A stretch of DNA of 32,000 nucleotides from Candidatus Lokiarchaeum ossiferum (GTDB lineage: Archaea; Asgardarchaeota; Lokiarchaeia; Sigyniarchaeales; Promethearchaeaceae), in assembly GCA_025839675.1 (NCBI GenBank), contig CP104013.1, forward strand, positions 1,350,001 to 1,382,000, given 5' to 3'. The position numbers and the translations under genes were made by a program. The notes under the pieces were generated by a model that did not search any database, was not told the DNA's origin, and worked only from the letters and a program-made list of their open reading frames with translations. This document shows, in pieces, positions 1 to 7,474 of this stretch; the first letter of the stretch is position 1, and every line of letters starts with the position of its first letter.

Positions 1-372
1 CATAAATTTTATTTAAATAAAACAAAATCAGGTGTTTTATCGCTAGTTTTCTTTTGGACTGGTGCCCCGACTATAATTGGAATAGTAGAAGCAATCCTCT
101 ACCTAACAGACGATGAAGAAATGTTCCAGCAAAGAATGCAATTAACCGATAACATCCCAAAAAATCCTTCCCGAGACAGACTTGTGGCAGCAATCTTAGG
201 ATTAATTGGTTTAGGTGGATTTGGAGCTCATCACTTCTTTATGCGAAATCCACGCGCAAAATATTTCCTAATCTTCTGTTGGACTGGTATCCCATTGATT
301 GTTGGTTTTTTTGAAGGATTGATTTATTTACTAGAACCTTTGGAGAATTTTACCCAGCGATATTATTACTAA
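1..372 (+). CDS. TM2 domain-containing membrane protein with two TM2-like repeats; the 5' end lies outside the window
   Basis: Frame 1 is open from base 1. It translates HKFYLNKTKSGVLSLVFFWTGAPTIIGIVEAILYLTDDEE and then ...GLGGFGAHHFFMRNPRAKYFLIFCWTGIPLIVGFFEGLIYLLEP. That is two copies of the G-x-H-x-F-(Y/F)...W-T-G-(I/A)-P...(V/F)-E-x-(I/L)-x-Y-L pattern typical of TM2 domains. Stop TAA is at 370-372. Confidence 0.7.
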   Translation, partial: HKFYLNKTKSGVLSLVFFWTGAPTIIGIVEAILYLTDDEEMFQQRMQLTDNIPKNPSRDRLVAAILGLIGLGGFGAHHFFMRNPRAKYFLIFCWTGIPLIVGFFEGLIYLLEPLENFTQRYYY

Positions 373-383
373 TTTTTTTTTTT
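373..383 (+). terminator. T11 tract immediately after the TM2 gene stop (archaeal oligo-T terminator candidate)
   Basis: An uninterrupted run of 11 T starts one base after the TAA. Archaeal RNA polymerase terminates at oligo-T tracts. Confidence 0.4.
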
Positions 384-507
384 GTTTCTTTTGCCAAAGT
401 AATCCATTTATCTTCTTTTTTTTTAGATATCTTGGAAAAGATTTCAATTCCCTTATCAAGTGAGGTTATTGACTCTGAATTTAGTTTTAAATTGTAATTA
501 CAAAGAC

Positions 508-846
508 CTACTTTAATAGAGTTTGGTAAATATACCATCCGTTTGGATCGACCTTAATAGCATACTTTAATTCTTTCAAGGCAAGTTTATATTGGCCAGT
601 TTCATACAAAATCTCACCATAAATATCTCGATAATCGCCCCTTTGTGGTTTGAGAGAGACTATTTCCTTTGCCAGACTTAAAACAGATGATAAATCCCCA
701 TTGCTAATATAGCAGTAAATTAGGTGGTTTTTTAATGTCGAATTATCGTCAAAGTGGGGTTTAGTCTTTGATGATCTACCAAGCTTACATGAAAATCTAT
801 ACCCTGTAGGACAAGAAAAGAAGGAAAAAAAAGATCTTAGGTTCAA
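508..846 (-). CDS. Short TPR-repeat protein; start uncertain and the 3' end may be frameshifted
   Basis: ...LIYCYISNGDLSSVLSLAKEIVSLKPQRGDYRDIYGEILYETGQYKLALKELKYAIKVDPNGW shows about two TPR-like helix pairs (A-x-x-x-Y/L-x-x-A-I-x-x-D-P). It is co-directional with, and downstream of, the FN3 gene. Confidence 0.45.
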   Translation of the reverse strand: MNLRSFFSFFSCPTGYRFSCKLGRSSKTKPHFDDNSTLKNHLIYCYISNGDLSSVLSLAKEIVSLKPQRGDYRDIYGEILYETGQYKLALKELKYAIKVDPNGWYIYQTLLK

Positions 847-892
847 TCAATCAGCTATCGTGAGACTATACGGCGAATAGATGAGATTTAAA

Positions 893-3787
893 TCATTTTC
901 GCTTTTTCTTATAAATTATAGAAGCACCTACCACACCTATTAGAACAAGCAGCAGATCAATTGGTCCAAGGGGGGAGGAATCTTCTTCAATATGAAATGT
1001 ATCACTAATTCCAATGCTTTCCCCATATATATTTACTGCAACAATTTTGTAGTAATAATTCATATGAGGGACCAAATCACCGTCGTCGGTGAATTGCGTA
1101 ATCGTACTCGTTCCAATAATTTCATATGGGATATTTTCATCACTCGAATATTCAGCCGTATTATTTGCACGGTAAATATTATAATAAAGAATAGGAGCAC
1201 TTCCATTTGATAATGGTGCATTCCATTCAAGGATGTTATAAGGTACTCCATCAGCAAAATTTGATTCGATCCGCAATCCAGTCGGTGCTGAAGGAGTTTC
1301 CTTCAGTCGAGCACTCACTTGGTTGGATTTCTCACTTTCTCCAATAATATTGATTGCTTTCACTACATAAAAATAAATATATCCTTGAGTAACATTTTCA
1401 TCGATATATGAAGTAGTATTAGTATTTACAATTGCAATATAATCGGTTCCATTAGTGGTAGAACGATATACGGTATAGTTAAAGATCGGTTCCCCTCCAT
1501 TTGTTGAAGAAATATTCCAATAAAGTTGCACTTCAACAATATTTGTTATTGCTTGCAAATTTAATGGTTTAGAAGGCACTGTTGCGAATAAAGCCGGAAT
1601 TCCACTCACTTCATTTGATTGAGGGCCAACCGCATAGTTATTGACTGCAACCACATAATAATAATAGGTGATATTGTTTGTTACCGTCGTATCATTATAC
1701 TCTTCTGAAAAACTCGTTCCGATTTGAGTATAGGATGTGGTATCATTCGTGGAACGATAAATTTCATAGTGAATAATAGGACCAGTTCCAGTGAGCGCGG
1801 GAGCGTCCCATTGTAATTCTATTGTACAATTACTTGGTGTAGTTTGTAAATTTTGAGGCGCAGAAGGAGCGATTATGACGAAGATTGCACTCACTTCATT
1901 TGATTGAGGGCTAGCCGCATAATTATTGACTGCAACCACATAATAATAATAGGTGATATTGTTTGTTACCGTCGTATCATTATACTCTTCTGAAAAACTC
2001 GTTCCGATTTGAGTATAGGCTGTGGTATTATTCGTGGAACGATATATCTCATAATATTTAATTATACTTGCTCCACTGAGCGTTGGAACTTCCCATTGTA
2101 AACCTACCGTGCAATTACTTGGTGTGGCCTGCAAATTTTGAGGCGAAGAAGGACCATAACTTGCATAGGGAGTTGCATTGACTATTGAAGAACCTAAACT
2201 TTCATCATAATCATTGTATGTAGTAACATAATAATAGTAAGTAGTTCCATTCTCTACACTGGTATCATTATAATAAAATTCGTCATAATAAGAAAGACCG
2301 AGAAAATATTCCGGAAATCCTGTGGTGCTCCTTGTAGATCTATAGATATAAAAATATGTTAAGCCCCATGAAGAAGAACCATTACTTAATGGAGCATCCC
2401 ATTCAAGAAAAACAAACCCTAATCCTGCTTTGGCTGTAATATTTTCTGGAGGTGTTGCTTTGTTTAACACCGATGTATTGTTACTCTCTGCAATAGAGGA
2501 CGTGTTACTTTCTCCAATGGAGTTTACGGCAGTAATATAATAATAATAAGTTGTTCCATTTTCAATTTCAATATCAAAATACCGGAGCATAGTATTGTAT
2601 CCAATATACGAGAAACTCTCATTATCTTCAGAACGATAAATTCGATATTCATTGATGAGGGCTCCTCCATTTGAAACTGGTTTGTCCCAGGTTAGTTGGA
2701 TATAATCATCAGCATCCAAATAATCTTTTCCCGTTGATATCGATGGATTTAATGGGGCAGTAGGTACTGTTGACTGATTGACAGGAATTGCACTTGCGTT
2801 GTTTGAAAATTCACTTTCACCTGCAATACTAGCTGCAGAAACCTTGTAATAATATTCGTGTCCATTCGTTAGATTGACATCAATAGCATTCATACTTGAT
2901 GTATTGAATTGGTAACTAAATGAACCTCCAACATTAGTTGTACGGTAGATATTATACCACAATATTGTACTTCCATTATTCAAAATTGGTGACTCCCAAT
3001 GTAGTGCTACTGATTCATTCCCAGGGGTTGCTTGGAGGTTTGAAGGAAGTGAAGGAACTCCAATAGGGATCGCAGATACTATATTAGATTGATTACTCTC
3101 CTGGAATGTAAATATGGAAACATAATAAAAATATTCTGTCCCACACACCACATCATTATCTTGATAAGACAACTCCCAATTATATGCAGAATCAATAAAT
3201 GTAAAGATAGAATCATTCGTTAACGATCGGTAGATATTGTAGGAAGATTGAGGAAAAGCCGAAGCACCAGATGGAGCAGTCCAATTTAACTGGACATAGC
3301 CAATTTCCCCAGAAGCAGTGAGATTTTGTGGAGGTAGCATTGCAAGTGAGACAGCAGAAACAATATTGGAGGATTCAGACTCTTGCTCTTCCCAAGAAGG
3401 ATCGATTATCACAATACCTGCTGTAACAAAATAAAAGTATTCTATCCCAGGATCGCCAGTAAAATCTTGATAAGACAACTCCATACTAGATAGAGAAGTA
3501 ATAAATGTAAAGCTAGAATCATTCGTTATCGATCGGTAGATATTATATGACTCGACATTAATATTTACCCCAAACTCAGAAGCAGTCCAATTTAACTGGA
3601 CATAGCCAATTTCTCCAGAAGCAGTGAGATTTTGAGGTGGAGTATAAAAATTATCATCGATCGGCTCAGCTGAATCGAATATTTGTTGTTTTTCGAGTTT
3701 ATTCGTTGTTTCGGACTCAGAAAATGAGATTATTAGTCCAAAAAGATTTACCAAAATGATAAAGTAGATGACTTGTTTTGTTTTCAA
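893..3787 (-). CDS. Large secreted or cell-surface glycoprotein with nine fibronectin type III-like domains, an N-terminal signal peptide and a C-terminal TM anchor with a basic tail
   Basis: 964-aa ORF. The N-terminus MKTKQVIYFIILVNLFGLIISFS is signal-like. There are nine repeats of the pattern P-x-N-L-x-A...L-x-W-x-x-P...Y-x-(I/V)-Y-R-(S/T)...Y-Y-Y-x-V-x-A-x-N-x-x-G-E-S. I count more than 30 N-x-S/T sequons by eye. The C-terminus is EEDSSPLGPIDLLLVLIGVVGASIIYKKKRK (short motif, hydrophobic helix, Lys/Arg cluster). Confidence 0.9.
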   Translation of the reverse strand: MKTKQVIYFIILVNLFGLIISFSESETTNKLEKQQIFDSAEPIDDNFYTPPQNLTASGEIGYVQLNWTASEFGVNINVESYNIYRSITNDSSFTFITSLSSMELSYQDFTGDPGIEYFYFVTAGIVIIDPSWEEQESESSNIVSAVSLAMLPPQNLTASGEIGYVQLNWTAPSGASAFPQSSYNIYRSLTNDSIFTFIDSAYNWELSYQDNDVVCGTEYFYYVSIFTFQESNQSNIVSAIPIGVPSLPSNLQATPGNESVALHWESPILNNGSTILWYNIYRTTNVGGSFSYQFNTSSMNAIDVNLTNGHEYYYKVSAASIAGESEFSNNASAIPVNQSTVPTAPLNPSISTGKDYLDADDYIQLTWDKPVSNGGALINEYRIYRSEDNESFSYIGYNTMLRYFDIEIENGTTYYYYITAVNSIGESNTSSIAESNNTSVLNKATPPENITAKAGLGFVFLEWDAPLSNGSSSWGLTYFYIYRSTRSTTGFPEYFLGLSYYDEFYYNDTSVENGTTYYYYVTTYNDYDESLGSSIVNATPYASYGPSSPQNLQATPSNCTVGLQWEVPTLSGASIIKYYEIYRSTNNTTAYTQIGTSFSEEYNDTTVTNNITYYYYVVAVNNYAASPQSNEVSAIFVIIAPSAPQNLQTTPSNCTIELQWDAPALTGTGPIIHYEIYRSTNDTTSYTQIGTSFSEEYNDTTVTNNITYYYYVVAVNNYAVGPQSNEVSGIPALFATVPSKPLNLQAITNIVEVQLYWNISSTNGGEPIFNYTVYRSTTNGTDYIAIVNTNTTSYIDENVTQGYIYFYVVKAINIIGESEKSNQVSARLKETPSAPTGLRIESNFADGVPYNILEWNAPLSNGSAPILYYNIYRANNTAEYSSDENIPYEIIGTSTITQFTDDGDLVPHMNYYYKIVAVNIYGESIGISDTFHIEEDSSPLGPIDLLLVLIGVVGASIIYKKKRK
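1603..2172. repeat. Intragenic tandem duplication, 2 x 285 bp (one FN3 module each), nearly identical at nucleotide level over the module core
   Basis: The string cactcacttcatttgattgaggg... starts at 1603 and again at 1888 (offset 285 = 95 codons). About 140 bp following each start are almost base-for-base identical. The protein copies are PSSPQNLQATPSNCTVGLQWE... and PSAPQNLQTTPSNCTIELQWD... Confidence 0.9.
3194..3641. repeat. Second intragenic duplication, period 306 bp, covering the first two FN3 modules
   Basis: aataaatgtaaag(a/c)tagaatcattcgtta(a/t)cgatcggtagatatt occurs at about 3194 and about 3500. cagtccaatttaactggacatagccaatttc(c/t)ccagaagcagtgagattttg occurs at 3277 and 3583 (offset 306). 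Protein: PPQNLTASGEIGYVQLNWTA...YNIYRS(I/L)TNDS appears twice. Confidence 0.85.
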
Positions 3788-4409
3788 CTATTTGACCTCC
3801 ATAAATATTTAGTTATTTTTGCCCAATTTCCACTTTCTGGAAAAAAATGTGAACCTAAAGGCTCATAGGGCTCAAATGTAAAGAAATATCTCATTTATGT
3901 TCTAAATCCCTTTCTCCGTTAAAGAAACGACTATAAGATTCTAAGACATAATTAGACTTGTGTTCTTTGTGAAATCCCATTTGATTGTTATAAATAATAA
4001 TAGAACTCCACGTAATAACCTTATTATTTAAATACTAAAAAAAGGGGAGAAAGTAAACAAGTTTGCTTCATGATATCATCGTAACGATCAATGTTTTTTA
4101 CAGGGAATTTGAATGACCCTAAAGTTTTAGAAGATTTGTTCTTTGAAGTGTGGTATTATTTAGATTTATAATTTTTCGACAATGAAAATGTAAATAAATG
4201 CGAGAATACAACCTTTTTAATCCATTTGTTCATCTAATGCCTTTTTAAGACCCAAGAGCAAACACCTTGATAAAAAACTAGAAAACAGTAAGCAACCTTT
4301 ATATCTGCCTATTCTTGCTTTCTTGCAAACAATTTTGTATATGATTATTGAAAGGAAGAACCTTTTTAAGTGGATAAGATTATCATATTCACTAATAAAA
4401 TTCTGATTT

Positions 4410-5180
4410 ATGAAAAAATTCCTTAGAAGGGATGTAAATATGGCCTCAAGAGAAGAAAATGATCTCCCAAAACAAAATATAATAGATCCCAACATTCCTG
4501 TTGCCTATTCATTGATTTCTTTACCCCTAATTTATCTTATTGGATATTTTCTCTTTAATTTTCCTCCTTTTAATATATTTTTCGTACTTTTACAAAATCT
4601 TACCACGTATTCTGTTGCAATATTATCAAAGATATCTTTAATGCCCGAAGTACAAATAATTCATTCTTTTAATTCAATATTGACTGTTTCAGCTTCTGAC
4701 CCTGCTTTATTCTATGAAAATATTAACTGGCTGTTTTCAATCAACAAATGGTGCACTGCAATGAATATTGGGGTGTATATCATCGCGCTGGTATTAGTTA
4801 CACCAATTTTTCATAAAAGACAAGAATCTCATCCCTTAATTCAATCATTAGTCGGAAAAAAGGAATTATTTCTCAAATTAAAGGCTATATCTTTGATGTT
4901 ACTTCTTCTTTTTATCTTAAACTCTATTAGAGTCTGGTTATTTCTTTATTTATTCGTGATGTATGATATTCCCAAAGAAATCTCCCATGATCTGATTTAT
5001 AAACCTGTTATCTTTTCACTGGGAATTTTTTTTGTAGCAATGTTTCAGAAACTCGGAATTGATATAGCAGAGTTGATTTTATCTTGGTTTAAATCGATGC
5101 TCTTTATTGTTCAATCAGGAAGAGATTTTATCTTGCAGAAGTTTCAAAACAAAAAACCCTCTCGAGATGAAAAAAACTGA
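4410..5180 (+). CDS. Polytopic membrane protein, putative exosortase/archaeosortase-family transpeptidase
   Basis: 256 aa with about 6-7 predicted TM helices. Three motifs occur in the order expected for the exosortase/archaeosortase domain as I recall it (A-C-S-G-I-R ... A-N-G-L-R ... D-H-L-I-Y-G-W-x-F-F). They are INKW-C115-TAMNIG, LFIL-N171-SI-R174-VWLF and EIS-H193-DLIYKPVIF. The gene is divergent from the FN3 protein, which carries a tripartite C-terminal signal. An alternative start is Met11 (4440). Confidence 0.55.
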   Translation: MKKFLRRDVNMASREENDLPKQNIIDPNIPVAYSLISLPLIYLIGYFLFNFPPFNIFFVLLQNLTTYSVAILSKISLMPEVQIIHSFNSILTVSASDPALFYENINWLFSINKWCTAMNIGVYIIALVLVTPIFHKRQESHPLIQSLVGKKELFLKLKAISLMLLLLFILNSIRVWLFLYLFVMYDIPKEISHDLIYKPVIFSLGIFFVAMFQKLGIDIAELILSWFKSMLFIVQSGRDFILQKFQNKKPSRDEKN

Positions 5181-5188
5181 CTAAATAC

Positions 5189-5584
5189 TTGAAGCTATTG
5201 GGTGTAAGCATAGTAATTTGGATCACGCCATATTTTTGGGGACTGATTGTCCCATTAGATGTAGAGTTTCATCCGTTGATCTTACTTTATGAAATAAATG
5301 ATGGTTATTATGTCAGTCTAATATTGCTATTAGCATTATATCTAATCTTGACCCATGATCTCCAAGAAATCATGTTGAAAGAGTGTTTATTGGAAGGATT
5401 GGTGATAATGTGTCTTCAAATTACTTTTGACATCATATTTATGATTATTTTTCCTCCTCTCCCTTCACAGAAAATTCTTCTGTTTGTGGGAATCTCTCAT
5501 CTTTTGATCCCTTTTTGGCTCCTAATGTTTTATTGGATAATACAGAAAAAAAACGAACTATTCACAAAAAAAGATCATACTTGA
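5189..5584 (+). CDS. Small integral membrane protein of unknown function
   Basis: 131 aa with about 4 hydrophobic helices. The TTG start lies 9 nt after the stop of the upstream archaeosortase-like gene on the same strand, and there is no in-frame ATG for about 60 codons. The coding call rests on ORF length and TM-like composition only. Confidence 0.45.
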   Translation: MKLLGVSIVIWITPYFWGLIVPLDVEFHPLILLYEINDGYYVSLILLLALYLILTHDLQEIMLKECLLEGLVIMCLQITFDIIFMIIFPPLPSQKILLFVGISHLLIPFWLLMFYWIIQKKNELFTKKDHT

Positions 5585-5678
5585 ATGGGTCTCGACAACC
5601 TCTTTGAATTGAAAATCTGCCCATTCTTGGACGAATCCTAATAGTTGAAGAATGATGGGATAGCATCCGAAAAAACTC

Positions 5679-7412
5679 TTAGAAAAGATTTAATCCCAGA
5701 TCACTTAGGCTAAAAATACTTAAACCGATAGTAAAAATAATCTGGCAAATAAGAATAAAGGAAGAAATTTGGATCGCTCTCAGATTTATCCTATTTTTTC
5801 CTAACTTGCCTTTTTCTTTTTTTGCTAAGGAATAACAAATCATAGGACATAATAAAGGATAAAGTAAAGATAAGGGCAATATTACTTTAAGAACCAATCT
5901 TGAATCGTGGGGAAATATTTCTTTAGTTGTTTTCTCTTCTAACAAATCGATCCATTCGATCTGATTTAAAAGAAAATCAGCATCCATCATACCTAATGTA
6001 TACCATGGACGTTTTTCTTCTTTATCGTTATCCAAAATTAAAAGAGATTTCGCTTTTGGCATTTTTGGAGCTAATATGCTTGCAATCGTTCCAATTGCCC
6101 ATTCTAAACTTCCAAAATATCCAGTTTTTTCCCATACCAATAGAATTAGATAAATGAAGACAAATGACACCGCGATAATAAACATGGTGGTCCCAAAATC
6201 ATAGAGATCGGAATCCCCAACTAAAAATTCATTACCTAATGACAAAGAAATTAATCCAATAGGAATAAGGGCGAAAAATCGTTGGAAAGTGTAGATTGAT
6301 AATGCAGGTATCCCAAAACGACGGATAGGTCTGGAATACTTAGCAAAAGTGTTTGAAGCACCTCGAAATTCTAGGAGTCTAAAGAGCATCGTTATGGCAA
6401 TGATTTGCCCAGCAAGAACCATCAAGAACCACGGAAGCCAGTGAAGGTACAATCCATTTGATAAAGCCGTTATATCATCATAATCATTATCTAATGGGAT
6501 TAAAACATCAAAAGGGCCCACATCTTGAGTTACCATGAAGAAAATAGCAATCAAAATTCCTATAACACCGATGAATCCAGCAATTATGGCAGATTTAAAA
6601 AGATCTGAGGTTTTTTTCTGCTCTTTTTTTTCCGCTTTGAAAATCACTATCGCAATAATATTTCCCACAAAAGCATAGCTTAAATATGGAAAAATGGGTG
6701 TGTTTTGACCAGCAACAATAAGAAAAATAAAGTATTCGAAGTATTTAGTAATAGGCCAGCCCATCAGAGGCTGAGAAATATATTTATTTCCAGTAGGATC
6801 TAAATTGCTGGGATAGTCCGCCGTAGGATATCCAGGTATAAGTGATCTAATGGAATTCCAGATTGGTTGTGTTGCAATCAAAATAATTATACTAAGTCCA
6901 ATGAAAATCAGAATATTGCGATTAAATTTTAAATGCCCATTATTTCTACATAATACCGGGTATATAATTCCATTAATAATCATGCACACACTCAGACACA
7001 TCAATGGACTCATCACATAAGAATGCCAAATGATCCGAGTAAAATCAACAGGTCCCCAAATCAAAGTTCCCAAAAAACCATACTTTTGCAAGGTCCCTTC
7101 CACTATCAGCGCAATCATAAGTAATAAGAACCCAAATAACACTTGTCTTTTCATCACACTTTTCCAATCATTTCCTTTTTCTAAATTTCGCTGCATGGAG
7201 AAAATATTTCCCGTAGCACTGATCATTACGAACATACTTCCCCAACATCCAAAATAAACAATGAAGAGTAAAATTATAACTAAAATGATTGGATAATCAT
7301 TTAATTGTGATTCTAAGCTTTCTTCATCAAGTAAATCAGTAAATAGATGAATAAAACAAACACACATTATGCCAAAGCCGCGTAAAAAGTCAATTGTTAT
7401 ATATCGTCTCAT
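5679..7412 (-). CDS. DUF1624 / heparan-alpha-glucosaminide N-acetyltransferase (HGSNAT)-like membrane acyltransferase, long form
   Basis: 577 aa and highly polytopic. The N-terminus MRRYITIDFLRGFGIMCVCFIHLF matches the R-x-x-x-(I/L)-D-x-x-R-G-x-x-x-x-x-(M/V)-x-x-x-H signature of the DUF1624/acyltransferase-3-like families. Confidence 0.7.
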   Translation of the reverse strand: MRRYITIDFLRGFGIMCVCFIHLFTDLLDEESLESQLNDYPIILVIILLFIVYFGCWGSMFVMISATGNIFSMQRNLEKGNDWKSVMKRQVLFGFLLLMIALIVEGTLQKYGFLGTLIWGPVDFTRIIWHSYVMSPLMCLSVCMIINGIIYPVLCRNNGHLKFNRNILIFIGLSIIILIATQPIWNSIRSLIPGYPTADYPSNLDPTGNKYISQPLMGWPITKYFEYFIFLIVAGQNTPIFPYLSYAFVGNIIAIVIFKAEKKEQKKTSDLFKSAIIAGFIGVIGILIAIFFMVTQDVGPFDVLIPLDNDYDDITALSNGLYLHWLPWFLMVLAGQIIAITMLFRLLEFRGASNTFAKYSRPIRRFGIPALSIYTFQRFFALIPIGLISLSLGNEFLVGDSDLYDFGTTMFIIAVSFVFIYLILLVWEKTGYFGSLEWAIGTIASILAPKMPKAKSLLILDNDKEEKRPWYTLGMMDADFLLNQIEWIDLLEEKTTKEIFPHDSRLVLKVILPLSLLYPLLCPMICYSLAKKEKGKLGKNRINLRAIQISSFILICQIIFTIGLSIFSLSDLGLNLF

Positions 7413-7421
7413 TTTAGTTCA

Positions 7422-7474
7422 CAATATTTCCATTTGATATTCCCATTTGATAGTCTTCAATATTTCCATTTGAT
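7422..7474. repeat. Three direct copies of a (T/C)CCATTTGAT-containing element in the core promoter region of the 5679-7412 gene
   Basis: caatatttccatttgat is at 7422-7438, attcccatttgat at 7439-7451, and caatatttccatttgat at 7458-7474. The two outer 17-mers are identical. The elements lie 10-62 nt upstream of the minus-strand ATG at 7412. Confidence 0.6.

Noticed and set aside
992-1257. Short ORFs 992-1210 (+) and 1060-1257 (-) inside the FN3 gene.
   Set aside because: They are nested within, or antisense to, a 964-aa ORF with clear domain structure and have no motifs. I applied the same reasoning to the other nested ORFs in the track: 5927-6157, 7030-7257, 8276-8497, 9601-9918, 10655-10933, 11101-11364, 11939-12241, 12508-12705, 13390-13572, 14262-14489, 15868-16086, 16990-17184, 17698-17979, 17860-18138, 21828-22043, 23049-23327, 24016-24204, 24927-25130, 25757-25951 and 27306-27578.
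1603-3641. Regularly spaced repeats, considered as a possible CRISPR array or mobile-element termini.
   Set aside because: The repeats are in-frame FN3 coding modules (periods 285 and 306 bp) inside one continuous ORF. There is no short repeat/spacer structure and there are no cas or transposase genes.
4217-4495. 92-aa minus-strand ORF overlapping the start of the archaeosortase-like gene.
   Set aside because: The composition is low-complexity and Leu/Phe/Ser-rich, as is typical of antisense reading of AT-rich DNA. It overlaps a better-supported gene and has no recognisable motif.
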